DNA from: an uncultured SAR86 cluster bacterium
GTDB taxonomy: Bacteria > Pseudomonadota > Gammaproteobacteria > Magnimaribacterales > D2472
Assembly (NCBI GenBank): GCA_902520725.1
Contig: CABYPB010000006.1
Location: 8,310 to 72,309 of the forward strand
Length of the DNA stretch: 64,000 nucleotides
Direction of reading: 5' to 3'
Shown: in pieces, positions 35,839 to 46,310 of the stretch
How positions within the stretch are numbered: the first letter of the stretch is position 1
Layout of the letters: every line of letters starts with the position of its first letter
Program-made: the position numbers and the translations under genes
Notes under the pieces: generated by a model
What the model saw: the letters and a program-made list of their open reading frames with translations, nothing else
The model's database searches: none
Told to the model about the DNA's origin: nothing

Positions 35839-37122
35839 CTATAATCTTATATTTTTTTTAATGTAATTAACATGTTTCTTAAAATCTTTTGAAGACATTT
35901 TGCTGGCTTGTTTTAACCATTTTTTATCAAATGTATCTATATTTGAAACATAATCTTTCATTATTTTATTCTGTGAAAAATTGAATGTATCCCAATCGTC
36001 GAAAGTTTGATTTTTATTTACCTCTTGAGTATGAATATACTTCAAATCAATTTCTGTTATTTTTTCGATTCCAACATTGTGAAATTCTATTTTAGAAAAG
36101 GCAGCCCATGCATATGCCTCTCTGAGTTTAGACTCATCCAGCTTTACTTTCTTAAAACCTCTAATATTTATTACAAAACCAAAATCTAAATTTGGTAATC
36201 TTAAATTTAGTAGCTCATTTGCATCTTCATATTTGTCAGATATTTTTAATCCAAGTGCTTTGCCTTTTACGTAAGGTATTAAAGGCAGGTTAAATGATTC
36301 TGAAAACCATTTCGAAAATTCTTGACCAATCCAAACTTTATAAGCTTGCTGCTTAAACTTATTATTAGCACCTAAAAAATAATTATTATTTATAAATTCT
36401 TTTTCGCCAGACATTTGACTCAAAGCAAGCTTTCCTAATTGAACATCATCTATTCCAATAAAAAAATTAGTATTTGTGATAGAACTTAAGTTAGTAGATA
36501 AAATTTCATTACTTATTCTTTTAATAAAAGCTTTTTCATATATAAATCTTGAATCTGTATAGAGATTTTTAATTTGTTCAACCATTTGAGAATCATCCAA
36601 AATGAGAAAATTTTCGTATTGATTTTTTGGGATTTCCAAACCAAAGAAAGTTTGAGCAAATCTAAGGAGTTGAGTTTTCTTATTTATTTTCTTACAGTTA
36701 GTACCCTTATCCAAATACCTTCTATTTATTGCATAGGGTTTTATTGAAACAATTTGAAGTTCTTTAGCATTGAAAACTACTACTTGGCCACTTAGACTGT
36801 AAGTGCTAACACATGATATTTGATCTTCAACTATACTTTCAATGTTCATAATATTTTCACTGTCTAGTGCAACTATTACCTGGTAAGAACCATCTTTGAA
36901 TGTTTTAGAAACCTCAAGACTAAGTTCAGGATTTTTTGATTTATTTTGTCTTAAGTCATCAGAAAGAAAAGCTATTAAACTATCTTCAATTTTAAGGGTG
37001 TTGGGATAAGCTATTTTTATATCTGCTTCTTGTGAAACATAGGATAGGCCACTGTATTGAAGGTAGTCTCCAAAAAGATTCAAGTTTAGAAATAAAGTTG
37101 TAAAAAATAGAATTTTTTTCAA
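35839..37122 (-). CDS. Exported hypothetical protein (operon gene 1 of 6)
   Basis: It has a TTG start and the signal-like N-terminus 'MKKILFFTTLFLNLNLFG'. No motif was recognised in the 427-aa product. Confidence 0.6.
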   Translation of the reverse strand: MKKILFFTTLFLNLNLFGDYLQYSGLSYVSQEADIKIAYPNTLKIEDSLIAFLSDDLRQNKSKNPELSLEVSKTFKDGSYQVIVALDSENIMNIESIVEDQISCVSTYSLSGQVVVFNAKELQIVSIKPYAINRRYLDKGTNCKKINKKTQLLRFAQTFFGLEIPKNQYENFLILDDSQMVEQIKNLYTDSRFIYEKAFIKRISNEILSTNLSSITNTNFFIGIDDVQLGKLALSQMSGEKEFINNNYFLGANNKFKQQAYKVWIGQEFSKWFSESFNLPLIPYVKGKALGLKISDKYEDANELLNLRLPNLDFGFVINIRGFKKVKLDESKLREAYAWAAFSKIEFHNVGIEKITEIDLKYIHTQEVNKNQTFDDWDTFNFSQNKIMKDYVSNIDTFDKKWLKQASKMSSKDFKKHVNYIKKNIRL

Positions 37123-37296
37123 AATATTACTTTAACTCGAAATATATTAGCTCGATTCATATTAGATATCCTATCAAAAATTGGAAAATATAAACAATAA
37201 AATTACTTGCACAAAAAATAGATATAAAAATATATATTTTAAGTACTTTTTTTTTCTTTTTTTGATAATATATAAGTGTTCAAATATATAAACTAA

Positions 37297-39468
<2,172 letters not shown>

Positions 39469-39469
39469 A

Positions 39470-40723
39470 CTATTTAGCTTCTATAGTTTTTTTATTAGAT
39501 AGTGATTGGAAGAAATATATTCCGATCACTATCAGCATATTTGTTGATAGCTGAGCAACTAGAAGCTTGGTTGATAAAAGCTCCATACTTAGCAAATTAG
39601 TTGAGTAAATACCTAAAATTCCAATAACTGAAGAAATAAGAATTAATTGATATCCCTTTCTATTACCTTGTAATAGGTATCCTGTTAATGAGGCTAAAGT
39701 AATCAAAGATATTCCAAAAATAGCAATCTCAGAATAAGAATGAAGTGATGTAAATGTTAATACTGCACCGGAAACCACTGTTGTAAATAACATTTGGATA
39801 AAGCTAAATAATTTAATATCAAAACTAATTTCAGGATTATATTTCTTGTAGAAATCATTTGGATTTTTTTCTTCAATGCAATCTTCAGGTCTCCAATATG
39901 TCTTTGAAAACCAAACCTTAACTTTATTTTTCCAAGATTTAGTTTTAATACTATCTTTAAACATAATTGAATAAATTTGAAAGTTAGCCCATATGGGATT
40001 CCAACTACTTAATGGAGTTGCAGTTCCATAGACAGGTTTAATATCTGGTCTCTCAGCAATATAAGTTCCAAACATTCGATCCCAAATTATAAAAACACCA
40101 CCATAATTAGCATCTATATATTCTTTGTTTTTAGCATGATGAATTCCATGATTCATTGGAGTAATCAATATCTTTTCTAATATTCCCAAATGTCCAATAT
40201 GTTTTGTATGAACCCAAAATTGATAAACAAGATTGATTCCAGCAACAGTAATAAATACCTCAACAGGAACTCCAATAACCATCATAGGTACATAAAAAAT
40301 CCACTTCCAAAGCCAGCCAGTGCTTGTTTGTCTTAATGCTGTTGAAAGATTAAAGTCTTCTCCATGATGATGCACGCTATGTGTTGCCCATAATATTTTT
40401 ATTTCATGATGCATTCTATGCATCCAATAGTAAGAAAGATCATAAAGAAGAAATGCTGCTATCCATGTAAATGGATTTTTAACAGACAATAAACCTAAAT
40501 TTAAATACGAGCTTAAATAGAGAAATATTACGCTTTGAACTCCTAAATTAAGCATTGTTGGAAATCTGCTAATCATACCTATAGCAATACTAGTAACCGT
40601 ATCATTTAAACGATAAGTATTTTTTCCAACGTATAAACCATAGAAGTATTCAATGATAATTAGCAAAAAGAATACTGGAATAGCAAACGTAATAATTAGT
40701 GATTTATCTGTAATTACTTCCAT
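39470..40723 (-). CDS. Fatty-acid hydroxylase / sterol-desaturase-family membrane di-iron enzyme with an extra C-terminal polytopic domain
   Basis: The histidine boxes are 'HRMHHE', 'HSVHHH' and 'HGIHHAKN'. The last 130 aa or so form additional TM helices. Confidence 0.75.
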   Translation of the reverse strand: MEVITDKSLIITFAIPVFFLLIIIEYFYGLYVGKNTYRLNDTVTSIAIGMISRFPTMLNLGVQSVIFLYLSSYLNLGLLSVKNPFTWIAAFLLYDLSYYWMHRMHHEIKILWATHSVHHHGEDFNLSTALRQTSTGWLWKWIFYVPMMVIGVPVEVFITVAGINLVYQFWVHTKHIGHLGILEKILITPMNHGIHHAKNKEYIDANYGGVFIIWDRMFGTYIAERPDIKPVYGTATPLSSWNPIWANFQIYSIMFKDSIKTKSWKNKVKVWFSKTYWRPEDCIEEKNPNDFYKKYNPEISFDIKLFSFIQMLFTTVVSGAVLTFTSLHSYSEIAIFGISLITLASLTGYLLQGNRKGYQLILISSVIGILGIYSTNLLSMELLSTKLLVAQLSTNMLIVIGIYFFQSLSNKKTIEAK

Positions 40724-40750
40724 TATGTTTAAATTATATAAAAATTAGCC

Positions 40751-41563
40751 TCAATTTTCCTTAATGACCTTAAGGGCACCTAGAACATTACCATATTCTC
40801 TATTATCTGCAAAATTTCCTTTTACATTCGCCAGCTTCAGTCTATCCAGAATACCAATTTTAATAGTCTTATTTAAAGAGGTTCTTCCTAAAAAATAAAC
40901 CTCGTCTAGGCCGCATATCATTGCATTAAGATATGAAATAGTTCCAATAACCTCTCCAATCATATTTGAAAGAGATGCTGCTATATCTTCTGATGAGTGT
41001 TTTTTAATAATTTTTCCTTTAACAAAATTTGATGCAGTAATCTCTGGATAAAGTGATCCAATTTCATTAACTGCATCACCTATTAGTAAATCTAGCGATT
41101 CTCTTTTACCAGAGCTTGCTAATTCTTCTATTTGAGATGGTTTATTTGTACCGATTATATAATTTGAAAGTCCTTGCAAAGTGCCTCCACCAATAGATAT
41201 ACCACCCAAATGATTAAATTTTTTATCTGCATGATAAATACAAGCAGTTCCAGTTCCTGCACTAATAGCTACGAATGGCTTATTATTAATACCATATAAC
41301 TCAATTGCTCCATAGCCAATTGCATCAACTTCATTAACCTTGATAATGGGTATATTATTGAATGAATTATTTAAATTACTCGATTTACCACCAGTAACTG
41401 CAATTTTTTCTACTAGATCTATATTTAACTTAATAAAATCAAATATCTCTAATAAAAAATCGTTATTTATTTTTTTTGAAGGCATAGAAAAAAATTCTAA
41501 ATTACTCTTATTAGAAATAGCTACATCTGTGTTAGTAATACCGAAATCAATTCCAACTATCAT
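40751..41563 (-). CDS. coaW: Type II pantothenate kinase (CoaW-like, ASKHA fold)
   Basis: 'IVGIDFGITNTD', 'AISAGTGTA', 'GGISIGGGTLQGLSNYI', 'TASNF' and 'YGNVLGAL' parallel S. aureus CoaW 'KVGIDAGGTLIK', 'NVGTGTS', 'GGIGTGGGMIQGLGYLL', 'TAANFG' and 'SGAIGAL' (recalled). Confidence 0.65.
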   Translation of the reverse strand: MIVGIDFGITNTDVAISNKSNLEFFSMPSKKINNDFLLEIFDFIKLNIDLVEKIAVTGGKSSNLNNSFNNIPIIKVNEVDAIGYGAIELYGINNKPFVAISAGTGTACIYHADKKFNHLGGISIGGGTLQGLSNYIIGTNKPSQIEELASSGKRESLDLLIGDAVNEIGSLYPEITASNFVKGKIIKKHSSEDIAASLSNMIGEVIGTISYLNAMICGLDEVYFLGRTSLNKTIKIGILDRLKLANVKGNFADNREYGNVLGALKVIKEN

Positions 41564-41949
41564 TTTTCTTTTGATAAAATTAACAGACCAGCCAGAATTC
41601 CAAGATTTTTCACAAAATTTTGTATTTCATGTCCTTGGTCAGGACTTCCCTTAAGATTCCAAAAGTCATGTATATAAAAATTGATTAATAAAGTTGTGAT
41701 AACCAAGCTTATTGAGCTTACTTTAATATTTTTCCCAAAAATTATCCAAATGCCACAGACAATTTGAGTTACAGCAATCAGTGAGAGTGAAAATGATGGT
41801 AAGGGAACCTCCTTGCTAATAACAACACTAAGGTTATCTGAAAATAGAAGAATTTTTGCAAGTCCTGGCAGTAAGAAATAAACTCCAATCAAAACTCTAC
41901 CTATAACAAAAAGATTTTTTGTAAGATCAAATGATCTTGAATAGATCAT
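41560..41949 (-). CDS. DoxX-family membrane protein
   Basis: It has 'GRVLIGVYFLLPGLAKI', 'HDFWN', 'FVKNLGILAGLLIL' and four TM helices. An ATGA overlap links it to coaW, and its start abuts the upstream stop. Confidence 0.7.
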   Translation of the reverse strand: MIYSRSFDLTKNLFVIGRVLIGVYFLLPGLAKILLFSDNLSVVISKEVPLPSFSLSLIAVTQIVCGIWIIFGKNIKVSSISLVITTLLINFYIHDFWNLKGSPDQGHEIQNFVKNLGILAGLLILSKEK

Positions 41950-44139
41950 TTATTCTGAGGCATTTTCAGGCCATTCCATGGGTATTTGTTGTTGAGGATT
42001 AAAAACTTTTGACCCTATAGCAGGATAAGCAGTTGAAGCTGCAAAAATTTCCTCTTCACTTAGATACTCACTTGGCGTTAGTTTGAATACATCTAACCCT
42101 CTTGTAATTTCTGTGCCATATATAAAACCGTCGTAATAATATGTTGACCAATAACCACCTGTAATCAGAATATCTTCAAGTATTGGACCTCTATCAAAAT
42201 AAGCTATTTCAAATGGCTTAGAGGAATCTGTGAAATCTATTATTGAGATACCACCTTGATACCAGGCTTGTACAAAAATATCTTTATTTGGAATTGGAAT
42301 GATGGATCCATTATGTGCAACACAATTTTCTGTCTCTAGTTGAGGAGCAGGCATTTTGTAATGACTTTTAAAATCTAACTTATTATCAACGATGTCGTAA
42401 ATTGCATCAGCGCCCCAATCCAGTGGATCCCATGCACGGCATCTTGCTCTTCCACCACCTCCCCATTCATCAGTAAAAATAACTTTTGTACCATCATTAT
42501 TAAAAGTTGCAGAATGCCAATATGCAAAACCAACATCTGTAACAACATCTAGTCTCTTTGGATTATAGGGATCAGAGATATCGAATAATATTCCATTTCC
42601 GGAGCATGCGCCTGCAGCAAGGTTTGCAGATGGAAATACTGTAATATCATGACATTGATTGGTTGTATTTGTATCTTGAGTATCATCACCATGATCTCCA
42701 CCTCTCCATAAACCAGCAATGTTACCTGTTTCTAAGTCCATAAAAACTTTTGGGCTTTTTACAATTTTTGATTTTGAGGGATTATTAACTGGTATTTCAA
42801 TGATATCGATTGAGAAATAGGATGAACCTCCTCCATCCCAACCAAAACAATCAGCCTTTTCTTCATTGTCTCTAACACGTCCTGTACCAGAATTATAAAC
42901 AATAATTTTAGCTTCTTTTTTTGAGGACGATACAACAGAATGTGTATGTGAACCTCTGCATGTTTGGACAGCTCCTACCTGTTTTGGCTCATATAAATTA
43001 GAAATATCAAAAATTCTAATTCCTCTAAATCTTTCAGGACTAGAATCTCTATTCACTCCTTCTAAACCACAGTCTATTCTGCTTCTATTCTCTTCAACTG
43101 ACATAATTAAAAGGTTATCTACTATAGAAACATCTCCTTGTCCGCCAGGACATACCACTGATGAAACTAGATTTGGAATACCACTATCACTAAGTTCATA
43201 AATATTGAATCCATGATAGCTACCTGCTACTAAAATATTATCTTTGAAGGCCATATCAGTGTTAGCAAAAGACAACATTGGCGATCTTAAGGATCTAGAA
43301 ATTTCTGCAGTTGTTTTATTTTCGTTATCTTCAGTTAAATCTTCTGAACCTTTTTCAGCTGGATTTTCAGGATCAAAAAAACCTGTTGGCTTTTGAAGGG
43401 ATGTTACTAGCTCCATATTCAAGATAGCCTCTTCAGCAATGAATAAACCTGCTGCTAATCCAGATCTAGGATCATCTGATAATCCAACCAATATAATGTT
43501 CATTCTTTCTATTTCTACACCTTGATCATTTATGAGGTCAGAAACAAATTCATTCAAGATTGGATCATATGAATTGCCTGGATATTTCTTCAATTCCTCA
43601 ACCATTTCTAATGCACCATCATGATGATTGATCATTAATTTTAAAAACAATCTATCAAAATCGGTACCGTTAGAATTTTTTAAGTCATCAAGTTGTTTTG
43701 GTGTTGCCATTCCTTCCATTTTCATAGATGCATGCATTTTATGATTTTGGTGACCATTGTTTGCAACATTATTAAATTCATCTCTATCTTTTAACCAGCT
43801 TTCCATAAAATTAATTTCATCTTTTTGAGAGGCATCAATTCTTTTAGCTAGGTCGATTATTGTTTCATTATTAGTTCTGATGTCAGCCATCTCAGACATT
43901 AATATTGCTTGTTCGTGATGGACAATCATCCCTTGAAGGAATTTAACATCAGCATTTATATATGATGTATTTGCAATATTTGTCGCTTCAGATTCATTTA
44001 AAACTTTTGATGGATATCCAGGAGCACCAGGTTGAATTATTGGAGCATTTTCATTATTGTTAGCCACTAATAACTGGTTTGAAAGTACTAAAATATATAA
44101 AATTACATAGCTCCTTATAAATAAATTATTCTTTTTCAT
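41950..44139 (-). CDS. Exported DUF305 (HH-motif four-helix metal-binding) + LVIVD-repeat beta-propeller fusion protein
   Basis: I prefer the start at MKKNNLFIRSYVILYILVL (44139). It contains two DUF305 halves, 'FLQGMIVHHEQAILMSE..Q..EINFMESWL' and 'FLKLMINHHDGALEMVE..Q..EIERMN'. Repeated 'G..i.DiS.p..P' LVIVD-like blades follow. Confidence 0.75.
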   Translation of the reverse strand: MKKNNLFIRSYVILYILVLSNQLLVANNNENAPIIQPGAPGYPSKVLNESEATNIANTSYINADVKFLQGMIVHHEQAILMSEMADIRTNNETIIDLAKRIDASQKDEINFMESWLKDRDEFNNVANNGHQNHKMHASMKMEGMATPKQLDDLKNSNGTDFDRLFLKLMINHHDGALEMVEELKKYPGNSYDPILNEFVSDLINDQGVEIERMNIILVGLSDDPRSGLAAGLFIAEEAILNMELVTSLQKPTGFFDPENPAEKGSEDLTEDNENKTTAEISRSLRSPMLSFANTDMAFKDNILVAGSYHGFNIYELSDSGIPNLVSSVVCPGGQGDVSIVDNLLIMSVEENRSRIDCGLEGVNRDSSPERFRGIRIFDISNLYEPKQVGAVQTCRGSHTHSVVSSSKKEAKIIVYNSGTGRVRDNEEKADCFGWDGGGSSYFSIDIIEIPVNNPSKSKIVKSPKVFMDLETGNIAGLWRGGDHGDDTQDTNTTNQCHDITVFPSANLAAGACSGNGILFDISDPYNPKRLDVVTDVGFAYWHSATFNNDGTKVIFTDEWGGGGRARCRAWDPLDWGADAIYDIVDNKLDFKSHYKMPAPQLETENCVAHNGSIIPIPNKDIFVQAWYQGGISIIDFTDSSKPFEIAYFDRGPILEDILITGGYWSTYYYDGFIYGTEITRGLDVFKLTPSEYLSEEEIFAASTAYPAIGSKVFNPQQQIPMEWPENASE

Positions 44140-44347
44140 CTTCTGATACCTCTTTTGCTTTACCTTCAATAATATTTGATTCTTTTTTATTTTTTCCAAA
44201 TCTTAACCACAACCAGGACCAGTTCATTCTTCTTGGCTCTTTAAATGACTCTATTTGTTTTTTCGAAGCTCTAATCCTCAAAAGATAGAAAAACACTCCA
44301 AAAGCAAAAATGCCAACAATCAGAATAAAAGGATTACCAGATAACAC
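44126..44347 (-). CDS. Small membrane protein (73 aa)
   Basis: Its GTG start shares one nt with the upstream TAG stop. It has one clear TM helix ('PFILIVGIFAFGVFFYLL') and overlaps the next gene by about 14 nt. No homology was recognised. Confidence 0.4.
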   Translation of the reverse strand: MLSGNPFILIVGIFAFGVFFYLLRIRASKKQIESFKEPRRMNWSWLWLRFGKNKKESNIIEGKAKEVSEDEKE

Positions 44348-45138
44348 TATCTAGATCTAAATTTAGCTAGAAGTCTTAAAATCTCAATATATAGCCAGAT
44401 CAGAGTTGTAACCAATGCCATAGCACCAAAGTACTCCATATATTTTGGAGCGCCTCGTTCTGCTGATTGCTCAATAATATCAAAATCTAAAACAAGACTT
44501 AATGCAGCAATTCCTACAACAAACAAAGAGAGTCCTATGGAGAAATTGCTCGAACCAGAAATTATTTCTGGAGAAGTACCAGTAACTAAGGTGTAAATGA
44601 AAGCACCGAAATAAAATAACATTATTCCAAATATCGCAGAACATAACATCAATACAAAATTCTGACTTGGTTTAACGAGACCAGATTTATATAAAAATAA
44701 TAATGTTGCGGCCACACAAAATGTTAAAGAAACAGCTTCTAACACTATTCCTGGGAATATTGTTTCAAAGGTAAGTGAAATAGAACCAATTAAAAAACCT
44801 TCTCCAGCGGCAAAAATGAGCCAGGTTCTTGGTGCTAAATAAGGTCTTGGATTAATTATAAAACCTATAAAAGGAATCCAAAATCCAAATGTAATAACAC
44901 TTGAAACAACAGCTGCAAAGATTCCAACAAATGTTATCAAACCAATCAAAGGGCCGGAAAAATTCCAAGAAATGGCTGCAGTTGATACTAAAACTGCAAG
45001 CATTATTGCTGTTTTATTTACTGCTCCATCTAAAGTCATTCTTTCAGTTCCGGCAGAAGCTGACGCATCAAATGCTGAGGACCTAATTACAGGATTACCT
45101 GACTTTCCAAAAGTATCTAGAGCTGCATGTTTTGACAT
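44347..45138 (-). CDS. Bax-inhibitor-1/YccA-like (BaxI_1-type) integral membrane protein
   Basis: It has a soluble N-terminus 'GNPVIRSSAF...ERMTLDGAVNKT' followed by about 7 TM helices. The size is 263 aa. Confidence 0.6.
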   Translation of the reverse strand: MSKHAALDTFGKSGNPVIRSSAFDASASAGTERMTLDGAVNKTAIMLAVLVSTAAISWNFSGPLIGLITFVGIFAAVVSSVITFGFWIPFIGFIINPRPYLAPRTWLIFAAGEGFLIGSISLTFETIFPGIVLEAVSLTFCVAATLLFLYKSGLVKPSQNFVLMLCSAIFGIMLFYFGAFIYTLVTGTSPEIISGSSNFSIGLSLFVVGIAALSLVLDFDIIEQSAERGAPKYMEYFGAMALVTTLIWLYIEILRLLAKFRSR

Positions 45139-45140
45139 AT

Positions 45141-46247
45141 TTAAATCGCCTCAGGTATTTGGCCAAACTTTTCTAAAGGCTTCCTCATTTCAGCCCAGTC
45201 ACATTCAAAGTCATCTGGTGCTTGCTCATATTCAAGCAAACCTAAAGCTTCAAATTTAGGCCTTACAGAATCAGTTAATAATCCAATTCTAGATAGATTT
45301 GGGATTACCCTTGAAAATAAGAAATTTCTAAACATTTCAAATGACTTTGTTTCCATTTGAAAATTTCTAGCTTCTTCTTCAGACATATTTAGAAATCTTT
45401 GCTCAGCCTTAGTATTGATTAATCTTTCTCTTGAAATAACACATGCTTCATAAGCGAATTCAGCTCTTTCTTCGATTTCTTCTGGCGAAAGCGTTTTAAT
45501 GAAATCTTCAAGATAGTTAATACCAAATGTTACATGACGCGCTTCATCCCTTACAACATAATGCAAAAGCTGTTTTAAAAGAGGGTCTTTAGTAATAGCC
45601 TTAAGCATCTGAAAAGCTGCAAGTGCAAGTCCTTCAATAATTATTTGCATACCAATGAACTTTAAATCCCATCTTTCATCAGTAAGAATTTTATCTAATA
45701 ATAGCTTTAAAGAAGGATTAATAGGGTAATGAATACCAATTTTATCTTGCAAATATCTATTAAAAACTTCAACATGCCTTGCTTCATCAAATGTTTGAGA
45801 GGCTGCATAAAGTTTCGCATTATAAGTCGGAGCACATGAAGCTAACTGAGAGGCTACTAGAAGCGCTCCTTGTTCTCCATGCAAGAACTGACTCATAAGT
45901 TCAGCTGTTGAGTGTCTATCAAATAATATTTTTTCTTCTTCAGATAGGTTTTCATATGCTTCAAGAGTTTCATGCGGAAGCTGCTCATCAGTTTCAACAA
46001 GTCTTTTATCAGCTGGATGAGTATAATCCCAATTTAAATCTATTGAACCATTCCAATTTAGCTCTTTTCCAAGCTCATATAATTTCTTGATTCGATTATC
46101 TGAAATAGTGTAATCCCAATTATATGAACCAGTTAGAGGTGTATTAAAAATCTCAACAACATCCTCTACATTATTCTGTGTAAGGTTTAGATCTTCATCA
46201 AAGTATATTAAATCTTCAGGCGGTCCATCTTGATTACGAATTTTCAT
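45141..46247 (-). CDS. Ferritin-like di-iron oxygenase (AurF-like family)
   Basis: It has two E-x-x-H ligand motifs, 'DEARHVEVF' and 'RDEARHVTF', plus upstream Glu-containing helices. The size is 368 aa. Confidence 0.65.
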   Translation of the reverse strand: MKIRNQDGPPEDLIYFDEDLNLTQNNVEDVVEIFNTPLTGSYNWDYTISDNRIKKLYELGKELNWNGSIDLNWDYTHPADKRLVETDEQLPHETLEAYENLSEEEKILFDRHSTAELMSQFLHGEQGALLVASQLASCAPTYNAKLYAASQTFDEARHVEVFNRYLQDKIGIHYPINPSLKLLLDKILTDERWDLKFIGMQIIIEGLALAAFQMLKAITKDPLLKQLLHYVVRDEARHVTFGINYLEDFIKTLSPEEIEERAEFAYEACVISRERLINTKAEQRFLNMSEEEARNFQMETKSFEMFRNFLFSRVIPNLSRIGLLTDSVRPKFEALGLLEYEQAPDDFECDWAEMRKPLEKFGQIPEAI

Positions 46248-46310
46248 AAATTTTTCTCTATTAAGTTAATTGGTTGCTGCGTTTAGCACTGTCTTATTTT
46301 ATAATAATTG

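Noticed and set aside
44140-44199. The ORF-track start (MEKIKKNQILLKVKQKRYQK) of the DUF305-LVIVD protein.
   Set aside because: The internal Met at 44139 begins a canonical signal peptide (MKKNNLFIRSYVILYILVL). The upstream 20 codons are highly basic and overlap the 73-aa ORF.
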